Source: Mobula hypostoma (lineage: Eukaryota). Taken from it: a DNA stretch of 64,000 nt. Both the position numbers and the translations under genes were made by a program. Below the pieces are notes generated by a model that saw only the letters and a list, made by a program, of their open reading frames with translations, was not told the DNA's origin and ran no database searches. Location: assembly GCF_963921235.1 (NCBI RefSeq), contig NC_086118.1:12650001-12714000 (forward strand), in the 5' to 3' direction. Below, in pieces: positions 13,238-26,179 of the stretch (its first letter is position 1; every line of letters starts with the position of its first letter).

Positions 13238-14603
13238 TATCCTGTTCTTCTATTCTATCACACAGAAAATAAATTAAATGGAATGACACCTTGATTGTAA
13301 TCTGAAATTATTGTGTGGTGTTGGGATTAAATACCTGAACCTCCATCTAAAATCTTCTTTGCATTGGGACTGAAATAGGAATAGGCATAATTAGCCAAAT
13401 GATGACCTCTGTGGTCTGACGATGGTGGACTGTCATTGGGTTAAGATGTTTGCTGGCCTGGGTTAGCATCAGTGGCATCAGCAAGTGGTCTGCCACCTGT
13501 CCTCAGGGGAAGGAGAGATGAGGAACAATGGAGCAGCGTCTGGAGATGTGTAATGAAGGGACGGGAGAGAGAGCTGTCTGGAGTGGCTCCCCCTTTGAAC
13601 CCTGAACTGTTTGAAGTGATGGACAGGCGATCTGGTGATGTGTAATGAAGGGACGGGAGAGAGAGCTGTCTGGAGCGGCTCCCCCTTTGAACCCTGAACT
13701 GTTTGAAGTGATGGACAGGCGATACCCCAGCAGGGGGATAAAAAGGGACAGGTTCGCTAAGGCGACACACACGACACCTGAGGTAACGAGACCCTGGAAG
13801 CGGTGCGCCTCTCACGAGTCGGTGGGAAGTACTGGACCTTAAACGCACAGGGTGGAGAGGTACGATCAGCAGGAACCCGGTGTGTGTCCACCCTCGCTTG
13901 GGTGCCGGGTTCACTGCAGAGGATCAACCGCATCTGGAGGAGGGGTCACAGTCGGTGACCTCAGGCGACATCACAAAGGACCCGCCCAGAAAGCTGCTTA
14001 TGAGCAATATCGCCGGTCTGTGAGTGGAAGCCGTTTCTGAATGATCGGTCATTCTCGTTCTCTCTCTCCCTCCCCCCACGTTGTCCATCGCCATGGCAAC
14101 GATTACTGTGAACTGAACTACTAAATTGGACTGAACTTTGTGTCACTTTGAAATTGGTCATTTATCCCTAGACAATGATAGAGCTTGATTGGTATTGTTA
14201 TCTTAATTCTGTGCACATGTGTGTTTATCATTGCTGAACTGTTGCATTTATTATCCTTTCGATTACTGTGTTGCTTGTTTCTTTAATAAAACTTTCTTAG
14301 TTCTAGTAATCCAGACTCCAACTGAGTGATCCATTTCTGCTGGTTTGGCAACCCAGTTACGGGGTTATCCTGTTCCTGTTCTTCATTACACATTATCCAG
14401 TATCCTGTTCTTCTATTCTATCACACAGAAAATAAATTAAATGGAATGACACCTTGATTGTAATCTGAAATTATTGTGTGGTGTTGGGATTAAATACCTG
14501 GACCTCCATCTAAAATCTTCTTTGCATTGGGACTGAAATAGGAATAGGCATAATTAGCCAAATGATGACCTCTGTGGTCTGACGATGGTGGACTGTCATT
14601 GGG
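13238..14603 (+). repeat. 203-bp direct duplication (13238-13440 and 14401-14603) flanking the trimmed LTR
   Basis: Both copies run from TATCCTGTTCTTC to GTCATTGGG. One substitution seen (CTGAACC vs CTGGACC). Confidence 0.92.
13441..14365 (+). mobile_element. LTR copy lacking both termini, with internal 92-bp tandem duplication
   Basis: Near-identical to the solo LTR at 44578-45441 but missing its first 22 and last 8 nt. 13539-13630 is repeated at 13631-13722. Confidence 0.85.
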
Positions 14604-14899
14604 AACACCTGAGTACTAAAGGTTGCCCTGTTGGACTGAGATCATAAAGTTTTACTCTCAATGAAGAATTAAGCCAAAAAAAAAACCTTCTACTGGAAAC
14701 GTTACCAATGGTTAATTATCATATACAAGATATTAAAGGCCTGTTAGGCTCTGCCAGATATTCACAGTTCCACTCAGTGTCTAATTTATCTCTGTTTAAA
14801 TAGACACTGCAAGGAAAACCACAGTTCCCTCCCTAGCTGGGGCACCTACTGCATTAATAAACAGAATAAAAATAACATAATTCAAATTGTATTTTAACA

Positions 14900-15990
14900 T
14901 AAGGCAAAAAAAATTTGGAGCACTCAACAAGTTTGGAAGCATCTGCAAAGAGCAAAGCAGACTTAATGTTTTAGATTGAAGACCCTTCTCTGATGCTGTC
15001 TGTGGTATTTCTCAGCACCTGGGAGACCTGACACAGATTGGAGGACTGGTTTTCTCTTTCCTTTGGGGCACCTTCACTCTGTCTGCTGAGAAAGGCAGGA
15101 TCTCCCAGTTGCTACCCATTTCAATTCAGCTTACCATTCCCATTCTGAAATATTCATCATACCGTGTTGGGCAGCACAGTAGCATGGTGATTAGCACAGT
15201 GCTTTATAGTACCAGCCACCTGGATTCAATTCCCACCACTGTCTGCAAAGAGTTTCTCCCTATCATTGTGTGGGTTTCTTCTGGGTACTCTGGTTTCCTC
15301 CTATAGTCCAAAGATGAACCAGTTGGTGGGTTAATTGGTCATTGTAAATTGTCCTGTGATTAGGCTAGGGTTAGGCTGGGCCGATTGTTTGACAGGCCAG
15401 AAGGGCCTATTCTGTACTGTATCTCAATAAAATAAATAAAATAAAATATCCTCTACTACCATGACAAGACCAAACTCAGGTTGGTTGAGCAACCCTTTAT
15501 AGTCCACCTTGGAAGCCTCAAACTCAATGGCATAAATATCAATTTTCTGACTTCCAGTAATTTCACTCCCAGCTCTCCTTCCCTCTTTTTCCATTTCCCA
15601 TTCTGGTTACCTTCTCACCCTTTCTCTTCACTTCACCTGTCCATCACATCCCTCTGTTTTCCTCCTCCTTCCCTTTCTTCCATGGTTCAATGTCTCTCTT
15701 AGAAGATTCCTTCATCTCCAGCTCTTTATCTTATTCACTTCTCCACTCCCAGCTTTTCACTTCATCTATTACTATGCTACCCACCTCCCCCTTTCTTCCT
15801 CACCTGGTCTCATGTATCACCTGCTAGCTTGTATTCCTTCCCCTCCCCTCACTGAATGATAGTGGCTTCTGCCCAATTCCTTTCCAGCCCTCATGAAAGT
15901 TCTCAGCCCAAAAGGTTAACAGTTTATTCCCCTCCATAGATGTTGCCTAACTTGGTGAGTTCCTCCTGAATTTTGTGTGTGTTACCCTTC
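14900..15990 (+). mobile_element. Degenerate Penelope 3' fragment with nested V-SINE (~15168-15445)
   Basis: GCAGGATCTCCCAGT and later similarity to 1120-1700. The SINE has a tRNA-like head, the V-domain-like GGGTTTCTTCTGGGTACTCTGGTTTCCTCC..GTCCAAAGA and an A-rich tail. Confidence 0.7.
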
Positions 15991-16046
15991 TATCTCTTTT
16001 GCCATGCTGATGAAGGAAGTCCAATCAGACATGTCAACTCATGTGG

Positions 16047-16963
16047 GATGACACTAAGTTGGGTGGCAGTGTTAGCTGTGAGGAGGATGCTAAGAGGATG
16101 CAGAGTGACTTGGATAGGTTGGGTGAGTGGGCAAATTCATGGCAGATGCAATTTAATGTGGATAAATGTGAAGTTATCTACTTTGGTGGCAAAAATAGGA
16201 AAACAGCTATTATCTGAATGGTGGCCGATTAGGAAAAGGGGAGGTGCAACGAGACCTGGGAGTCATTATATACCAGTCATTGAAAGCGGGCATGCAGGTA
16301 CAGCAGGCGGTGAAAAAGGCGAATGGTATGCTGGCATTTATAGCGAGAGGATTCGAGTACAAGAGCAGGGAGGTACTACTGCAGTTGTACAAGGCCTTGG
16401 TGAGACCACACCTGGAGTATTGTGTGCAGTTTTGGTCCCCTAATCTGAGGAAAGACATCTTTGCCATAGAGGGAGTACAAAGAAGGTTCACCAGATTGAT
16501 TCCTGGGATGGCAGGACTTTCATATGATGAAAGACTGGATGAACTGAGCTTGTACTCGTTGGAATTTAGAAGATTGAGGGGGGATCTGATTGAAACGTAT
16601 AAAATCCTAAAGGGATTGGACAGGCTAGATGCAGCAAGATTGTTCCCGATTGTTGGGGAAGTCCAGAACAAGGGGTCACAGTTTGAGGATAAAGGGGAAG
16701 CCTTTTAGGACCGAGATTAGGAAAAACTTCTTCACACAGAGAGTGGTGAATCTGTGGAATTCTCTGCCACAGGAAACAGTTGAGGCCAGTTCATTGGCTA
16801 TATTTAAGAGGGAGTTAGATATGGCCCTTGTGGCTATGGGGATCAAGGGGTATGGAGGGAAGGCTGGGGCAGGGTTCTGAGTTGGATGATCAGCCATGAT
16901 CATAATAAATAGCGGTGCAGGCTCAAAGGGCCGAATGGCCTACTCCTGCACCTATTTTCTATG
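16047..16963 (+). mobile_element. Young CR1 LINE 3' fragment
   Basis: YKALVRPHLEYCVQFWSP and LRGDLIETYKIL motifs; ends CCTATTTTCTATG. Inserted into a decayed Penelope terminus. Confidence 0.9.
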
Positions 16964-17514
16964 TTCACTCTCCTGAGATTACAGCCTGACCTGCTGAGTG
17001 TTCCTAGCATTTATTAGTAGTTTTACAGCACATGCATTATTTTTCTTTCATCTGTCTTTTTCTACTTCAAAAATCATTCTAAATTTATTGATGTGAATGA
17101 AAATGTGCTGACTATTATAACAATGCTGAATGATTGATCGATGGCCATGAATGCAAATATAGTTGTTGGCCTTCCTCCTCATTATGATGCCAACAGCAGT
17201 TTGCTTTCGGTCAGTGCTGGTTTGAGCATGGATATTCCAGTCTTTGAAGAAACCATGGCAAGAGCAAATCTCATTTGTTGTTTGGCTGGACCTTTAGAAA
17301 TTGGCTGGAGTAGAGGCACATGATATCCAAGTGATATCAATTTATTTAATGCTATATTAAGATAAAGCATGTTTGGAAATTGTTTAGGATGTGTGAAATA
17401 CTTAGCTGTAAATATTTCAAACTGTACCTCAAAAACTAAAATGACAGCTAAAGAACAGATTGTAGTTGGAGTAGAGTTGAGAAGCTTGGGCAAAAAAAAA
17501 CTATTCTTGCAAAT

Positions 17515-17650
17515 ACATAGTCATAGTCGTAGTCATACTTTATTGATCCCGGGGGAAATTGGTTTTCGTTACAGTTGCACCATAAATAATAAATAGTAAT
17601 AGAAATAGTAATAGTAATATTACTATCAGTAAATAGTATTAGTAAATAGT
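17515..17650 (-). mobile_element. Rex/Babar-like LINE extreme 3' end with (GACTAT)n tail
   Basis: Same sequence as the ends at 48258 and 63166. Confidence 0.75.
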
Positions 17651-19659
17651 ATATACAGTGCATTCTGGTTAATTAGCCCATCGGTTAATCAGGTCAGCCA
17701 CTTATTTGGGACAACTCTTAAAAAACAAACAAAAACTAATCAAGAAAATAGCTGGAATTCTCTTTGTTTATTTGGGACACTACGCTGCTTAATTTGGGAA
17801 GCAGGATGTCGCTGAGTAGTGGGGGGGAGTTGGGAGAGAGTGTTGCTTTCCTCGCCAGCAATTTGTTCTGTGCACAATATTTATTCAGTTTATTATTATT
17901 AATATTATTTGTTCTTTAACTTTTGTGCCTTTTTTTTGTATTGCCTCAGATCTGGAGTAATGATTATTTCATCTCCATTACATGTGAGTACAGGAAATTA
18001 CATTAAACAATCTTGAATCTCGAGTCTTGAACAAATTGATCAAATATTCTGCATGATATATCATATCACCATTTCATTAACCTCGATGAAACCAGTATAA
18101 GTCACCCACTATTGTAAGTGTGGTGTTTTTGTTTTATTTGCTCTCTGTCTTCCAGGTCACCAGCACTGTCATTTCCCCAAATACTATACTGAAGAATTCA
18201 TTATTTACCTATCAAACTACTGACCACTTTGCTGTGTTTAAAAGAAAAACATTATTTTCAAAATCTTTTTACGTCTACTCTCATTCAGCTGGCTTGGTAG
18301 GCTCAAACATTTCAGCAATTCAACCGCATTTGAGACTTTAAGATTGCAATGTGAAGCACAGGCTGCATGCTGTTCTCTCCCTCCTGCATTAATGTACCGA
18401 AGTCAATGGGATTGAATTCCCTATCAAAGATCAGGCTGCAGCACTACTGTGTATTGCCATTTGACAGGAGCAACCAAAGGCCAAGTTCTTTCTAATTAGC
18501 CGAGGGTAAATTCCCTTTACTTAGTTATTCATATTCCATTCCATAATATCTGTTGTTGAAATAGTAATGACAATCAATACTTAATCTAACACTCCAACTA
18601 TGACCTGAACAATATTAGCTTGACCCCTGTAGTTACAAGTATCTGACTACAAAATTCATTTGAACAGTACCTGTTGTGTGTGTGGTGCAATGACTGATTT
18701 ACTGCCAACAAGGAGCTATACAATCATTTACTATCTTCCTCAAATTATTAGCCATGACCATGTGCATAAGGATCCATCAAGAGGAAACTCATTTGGTGTT
18801 TAAATCTGTATGTTTAGACTAAGTCAATATGTATAAAAAGTAATGACACAAAACAACAACATATGTGTCATATGTAATACTCATTGTTAACAAGGACTGC
18901 TATTTCAAAACTGCACCACTTTAAGAATTTAAGTATGTGATTGATTAGTCATTTCAGTGAGGATATTAACCCCAAAGATCTCTGGCTTTGGAAGCTGGAA
19001 GGAAATCACAATGTTAATGCTTTCTACTGTCATAAGCTTTTCTGTATTTAATAATGTATGCTCATTGTTAGCTACAACTGACAATTGCCTTTATTTTATA
19101 GAGTGAAGGGTAAAGATGTTGATACATACAAAATTTTGACTAATCTTGAGAAGGAACATGCAAGTTTTAGTTCCCCACTTGTTCAACAAGCTTTCATTAG
19201 AAAATACTGAGGATGATCAACAGATCAGGCATTATCTGTAGAGGGAGAAACAGAGTTAAAGTTTTAGGATAGCTCTGCTGAAAGATTGATACATGTTAAC
19301 TTTGCTTCTCTCTTCACAGATGCTGCTTGGCCTGCTGATTATCTGCATAATTTTTTTATATTTCCGATTTACAGCACCTTTAGTTTTTCGTATTTAGTTT
19401 TAGAAGCTGTTCAGAATCATTTATTTTACTAAAATTGGGAAAATTAATTTAAAAAATCATCTGACATAGTTGATAATTGCAAATTTAAGAATAATTTCTT
19501 AAATCAGTTTGTCATACATTTCCATCTGTAGCTGAAATCTATTCATACATTAATTCTTATCATTCAATTACCAGGTCACTATCAGATTCTGTTACAATGT
19601 TTCATAGACAATCACATTAAACCACATGCCTTACATATTATCCCACCTCTCTATATCTT

Positions 19660-19922
19660 GTTTACCTCAGTAAAGTTGCATCGGAATTTTTCCAGTTAGC
19701 GGACAACTTCCTCCTACGCCATTCTGACGTAGTTGGGAATCGCATACGAGGCAAGTTACAGCAGTGGTTTACCATTGCCTTCTGCCTGGTGAGTTTTTCA
19801 AAGTGATCACCAGCTCTTAACCCAGCACAGATGAAAGGCGTGCGGGGGAGCCGGCTGGCTTCGAACTCGGGACCTCCCGCCCTGCAGTCCTGCGCTGATG
19901 CCACAATGCCACTAGCTTGGAC
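19660..19922 (-). mobile_element. tRNA-derived SINE with RTE-type 3' part
   Basis: Minus strand has A-box TGGCATTGTGG and B-box GAGTTCGAAGCC, followed by a GGCAATGGTAAACCACT motif typical of RTE-partnered SINEs. Confidence 0.65.
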
Positions 19923-20146
19923 TTGTTTACCTATTAAGCATTTAAATATATGTCTTGGTATCCAGACTATGTATATACTCTTTTCCTTCAATTTTACAAA
20001 TTCGTTTGATACACAGGCTCAGTAACTAGTTAACTTCTGAACACCTACAGCACAAGCTACATATTCAGAGTAATTGCTGCTGTAATCTGTCCAAAACCAT
20101 GCCAAACTTCAAACTCAGAACATAAATAAAATATATATTGATCTCA

Positions 20147-20425
<279 letters not shown>

Positions 20426-21619
20426 CTAGACATTGTTAAGCTACTAATCAAAGGAACCATCTTTTCTGATCTGTTATTTATGATTATATATCCTTCTTCC
20501 GATAGCAAGGTTGTTAAAATCAGGGGAAACTTGATGAGGTGTTAAATGTTCCTCTCCTCCCAGGCAATGTCTGATCTGATGATTATTTCTGTGGCTTCTA
20601 ATATGGGCTGACCTTGGCTGTAGTGCCTTGTATAAACAATCACCATGAATTGATCAGCTAACATCCAAAATAATGATCACTCTGCTGAGGTGATGATACC
20701 TGTCAAATCATCCAGTAACAAAGCTCATTACCTTTGAGAAAAGATAGAAAGAAAATCACTGGGGAAAAATTGCTTAAAATATCATGAAAGCTCAGAAATT
20801 CATTTGCCTTTTATAAAACATGAGCATTATATGCGACTATAGCACTGTCTTTAAAGAATCACAGCAAAAAATCATAAGCTTAACTTGCAATGTATGACTA
20901 CAGCATTGTTCACTTTGCAGATTGTCCTTCTCAGCACATGCATTACCGACTGCAGGATGTCACAGCTGTCAGTACACAGCCTTGCAGTCTGCATGGCAGT
21001 GTCACATTCCAGGAACACAACGGGATTTTCCAAGATTTATGAGCATCCAGACACACTCTGTTCATAAGTATTAAATTATCAGCTTGATGCTCCTGTATTT
21101 AGTGTTTTCTAAGTACAGGAGCAATGATCAAGGATGATTACAGCCTCCCCAATATAGGACTTTGAGCTTAGCAACTCAGGGAAAGAGAGCAATCCAACAT
21201 TTTGGATGGAATTTGGACCAAACCAGGCAGCAAAAGCACAAGAGGCTGAAGATATAATTGCAGAGTTCTAACTTTAAGCTCACGGGGAGGATGCTTACAG
21301 CAACTTGGAACTTGCCATCACATGACTAATTCGTTCATTCCCAGTGCCCAAGAGAACTGGCATGTTAGCTTGAATCCAGTTTAGCTCAGTGGAAATGCAC
21401 TTGTTTTGTGAAACATAACTTTTTTGCAAAATGGTTCAAATCAAAGATGTGCACATCAGCATTGAACTTCTAATTAAAGTTTCAGATTCAGCAACAGATC
21501 TAGAGTCACAGAGACATGCAGTACAGAAACTGGTCCACCATTTCTACAATGACCATCAATCATCTATTAATCCTGCTTTTTATTTTACCACATCCGCATT
21601 AACTACCCTCGTTCTGCCA

Positions 21620-21800
21620 CTCCTTCATACACCAAGGGCAATTTACCTAACAACTTGTGGATCTTTGCAATTATAAAGAAATGAGGTTCCTCAAAACAAA
21701 CCCACATAGTTACAGGGAGAATGTGCAAGCTACACAGGTCAGGAATGAACCTGGGTCTCTAGAGCTGTAAGGTAGTGGCTCTACTAACTGTGCTATTGTG
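21620..21800 (-). mobile_element. Degenerate V-SINE
   Basis: AAACCCAC..CAGGGAGAATGTGCAA...GAACCTGGGTC pattern. Confidence 0.55.
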
Positions 21801-22048
21801 TGAATGCTCCCTTTCAAAAGAGATTTCTTACAAGTCTATTCTGGTTTATCTTTTTTTAATCAGGTTAAGAGCCCACTTATCTGAAATCACTGGTGTGAGA
21901 TTATTGGGAAACTTGGTTTTGGACAGAAAGTGAAAATCAAAACAAGTGCAGGTCCTGGAAAAATAAAACAGAAGCAAAAAAAACTGCTAACCAGGTTGGA
22001 TACGTGGAAGAGAGACTGGGGTAATGTTTCTGGTCAAAGACTGTCAGA

Positions 22049-23452
22049 AATAGAAACCATAGAAACTACAGCACAGAAACAGGCCTTTTGGCCCTTCTTG
22101 GCTGTGCCGAACCATTTTTTGCCTAGTTCCACTGACCTGCACACGGACCATATCCCTCCATACACCTCCCATCCATGTATCTGTCCAATTTATTCTTAAA
22201 TGTTAAAAAAGAACCCGCATTTACCACCTCGTCTGGCAGCTCATTCCATACTCCCACCACTCTGTGTGAAGAAGCCCCCCCCCCATGTTCCCTTTAAACT
22301 TTTCCCCCCTCACCCTAAACCCATGTCCTCTGGTTTTTTTCTCCCCTCGCCTCAGTGGAAAAATCCTGCTTGCATTCACTCTATCTATACCCATCATAAT
22401 TTTATATACCTCTATCAAATCTCCCCTCATTCTTCTATGCTCCAGGGAATAAAGTCCTAACCTATTCAACCTTTCTCTGTAACTGAGTTTCTCAAGTCCT
22501 GGCAACATCCTTGTAAACCTTCTCTGCACTCTTTCAATCTTATTTATATCCTTCCTGTAATTTGGTGACCAAAACTGAACACAATACTCCTGATTCGGCC
22601 TCACCAATGCCTTATACAACCTCATCATAACATTCCAGCTCTTATACTCAATACTTTGATTAATAAAGGCCAATGTACCAAAAGCTCTCTTTATGACCCT
22701 ATCTACCTGTGACGCCACTTTTAGGGAATTTTGTATCTGTATTCCCAGATCCCTCTGTTCTACTGCACTCCTCTGTGCCTTACCATTAACCCTGTATGTT
22801 CTACCTTGGTTTGTCCTTCCAACATGTAATACCTCACACTTGTCTGTATTAAACTCCATCTGCCATTTTTCAGCCCATTTTTCCAGCTGGTCCAAGTCTC
22901 TCTGGAGGCTCTGAAAACCTTCCTCACTGTCTACTACACCTCCAATCTTTGTATCATTAGCAAATTTGCTGATCCAATTTACCACATTATCATCCAGATC
23001 ATTGATATAGATGACAAATAACGATGGACCCAGCACTGATCCCTGTGGCACACCACTAGTCACAGGCCTCCACTCAGAGAAGCAATTCTCTACCACCACT
23101 CTTTGGTTTCTTCCATTGAGCCAATGTCTAATCCAATTTACCACCTCTCCATGTATACCTAGCGAATGAATTTTCCTAACTAACCTTCCACGCGGGACCT
23201 TGTCAAAGGCCTTACTGAAATCCATGTAGACAATATTCACTGCCTTCCCTTCATCTACTTTCCTGGTAACCTCCTCGAAAAACTCCAATAGATTGGTCAA
23301 ACATGACCTACCACGCACAAAGCCATGTTGACTCTCCCTAATAAGTCCCTGTCTATCCAAATGCTAGTAGATTCTGTCTCTTAGTACTCCCTCCAATAAC
23401 TTACCCACTACCGACATTAAACTCACCGGCCTATAATTTCCCGGGTTACTTT
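22049..23452 (-). mobile_element. CR1 LINE ORF2 (RT) fragment with 379-aa open frame
   Basis: QHGFVRGRSCLTNL, YMDFSKAFDKV, GVPQGSVLGP and KFANDTK (catalytic D mutated to N). (TTTCTATGG)-like tail. Confidence 0.92.
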
Positions 23453-24534
23453 AGGAGGAAAGAAAACAGTTTTGTTTTAAATTTCAGAGATAGTGGGGCT
23501 TCATTGTCCTCTCCCATCTTCCCTGAAGTTCAAAGCCAACAAATTCTCTATCCATTTCTGACAAAGGATTTTTGACCAAGATATTAACTCTGTTTCTCTG
23601 TCCATAAATGCTGCCTGATCTGTCATGTACTTGTAGAATTTTCTGCTTTATACTTGGGTTTGGACAAATTTCCCAGAGCCAGTTGTGTTGCAAAGCTGAA
23701 CCTCCATTGACCAACACAGGGTGCTGCTATTTTAATTCAGCTCCCTTACACTAATGGCATCAATCTGTCCCTTCAGCACCAGGTCCTCTCTTGGTTTTAG
23801 CAGTGAATATGTTTGTTAGGAAAATAACAATCTGTATGTGAATTATTTGTTACGACCTATTATTTCTGGGCCACACGGATAATATTTTATACCTTATAGT
23901 GTTTTGCTTCTATTGCTGTCAAGTTCCAGTAACACTTCATTTATTTTTGGCCCCTAGGGGAAATGTGGTCAGCCTCGATGATAACCATTCTTAAAAAAAT
24001 CATGTCTAACATTGCATGAAAAGTTTGCACACTCACAATGTCCCTATAATGTTGACTTCAGTGTGAACAGCTTTAAAATCCTGTAAACACAATGGCTTGT
24101 TTTATTTAGACTCCTATATTTTCAGACCAAACAATTGCAAGCATGACTCATCTATTGTACAGAAAATAAATGAATTTCCATTCCTTTTTTTGTCATGCTT
24201 GTGATTATCCAGTTCAGCAGAGCAGGCTTGATTAATACTTGGACAGGAGACCATCTTGGAATATAAGCTGCAGGAATTTAATGCCTAAAGAATTGATGAT
24301 TCAACAAACTGAGACCTAAGGGAATTACAACTATTCCAAATAAAATTTTACACCTTTCTTTTCAAACTTCCTTTTGGTGTTTTTGTATTGAAAGCAGTAG
24401 GTTAGGAGCTTCCAGATAATTTTGGAAGATGAGCAATTCAGGTAAATAATCCCATGTATTAACTGAAACAGGGAGAGTAACTTGGCATCTTCTGAGCTGG
24501 CAGATCTCAATTAGGGCAGGACTAGGGGCAATAT

Positions 24535-25825
24535 AGAAACATAGAAACATCGAAAATAGGTGCAGGAGTAGGCCATTCGGCCCTTCGAGCCTGCACCGCC
24601 ATTTATTATGATCATCGCTGATCATCCAACTCAGAACCCTGCCCCAGCCTTCCCTCCATACCCCCTGATCCCCGTAGCCACAAAGGCCATATCTAACTCC
24701 CTCTTAAATATAGCCAATGAACTGGCCTCAACTGTTTCCTGTGGCAGAGAATTCCACAGATTCACCACTCTCTATGTGAAGAAGTTTTTCCTAATCTCGG
24801 TCCTAAAAGGCTTCCCCTTTATCCTCAAACTGTGACCCCTCGTTCTGGACTTCCCCAACATCGGGAACAGTCTTCCTGCATCTAGCCTGTCCAATCCCTT
24901 TAGGATCTTATACGTTTCAATCAGATCCCCCCTCAATCTTCTAAATTCCAACGAGTACAAGCTCAGTTCATCCAGTCTTTCTTCATATGAAAGTCCTGCC
25001 ATCCCAGGAATCAATCTAGTGAACCTTCTTTGTACTCCCTCTATGGCAAGGATGTCTTTCCTCAGATTAGGGGACCAAAACTGCACACAATACTCCAGGT
25101 GTGGTCTCACCAAGGCCTTGTACAACTGCAGTAGTACCTCCCTGCTCCTGTACTCGAATCCTCTTGCTATAAATGCCAGCATACCATTCGCCTTTTTCAC
25201 CGCCTGCTGTACCTGCATGCCCACTTTCAATGACTGGTGTATAATGACACCCAGGTCTCGTTGCACCTCCCCTTTTCCTAATCGGCCACCATTCAGATAA
25301 TAATCTGTTTTCCTATTTTTGCCACCAAAGTGGATAACTTCACATTTATCCACATTAAATTGCATCTACCATGAATTTGTCCACTCACCCAACCTATCCA
25401 AGTCACTCTGCATCCTCTTAGCATCCTCCTCACAGCTAACACTGCCACCCAGCTTCGTGTCATCCGCAAACTTGGAGATGCTGCATTTAATTCCCTCATC
25501 CAAGTCATTAATATATATTGTAAACAACTGGGGACCCAGCACTGAGCCTTTCGGTACCCCACTAGTCACTGCCTGCCATTCTGAAAGGGTCCCGTTTATT
25601 CCCATTCTTTGCTTCCTGTCTGCTAACCAATTCTCCATCCACCTCAATACCTTACCCCCAATACTGTGTGCTTTAAGTTTGCACGCTAATCTCCTGTGTG
25701 GGACCTTGTCAAAAGCCTTTTGAAAATCCAAATATACCACATCCACTGGCTCTCCCCTATCCACTCTACTAGTTACATCCTCAAAAAATTCTATGAGATT
25801 CGTCAGACATGATTTTCCTTTCACA
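24535..25825 (-). mobile_element. Young CR1 LINE RT fragment with a single in-frame stop
   Basis: ORFs 25366-25824 and 24772-25365 are in the same frame and separated by one TAG. Contains KFADDTK. AATAT is present on both flanks (possible TSD). Confidence 0.92.
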
Positions 25826-26179
25826 AATATGTTTTGTTAGTGAACAGAAAAGGAGCTGACGTGCTTGAATCTTGTTAGGTATACAGTCATCTCATCAAGA
25901 CACAAGTGTTTCCTCACTGGATGAATGAAGATAGAGCTGCTTTATCACAACACTCACAGCTGAGTAGATCCAGCAAAATTGAATAGTCAACACTTAGTGT
26001 GCAGACGTAGAGTTTACACAGCGACAAGAGGAAGACAAAGGAAAGGTAAAATATTTTGAGGGTTGACCTTTTTATTTGACAGGTTTGGGAATTGTTTCGG
26101 ATAAATTAACAGAAAACAGATGCTGTTCCAAATGCAAGTACTTTACTGTAAGAACTACAGATGGACCAGTATTATCCAT

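Noticed and set aside
22221..23360. 379-aa RT ORF as a possible domesticated gene
   Set aside because: It is a typical 5'-truncated CR1 with a mutated FADD motif and a frameshifted C-terminus.
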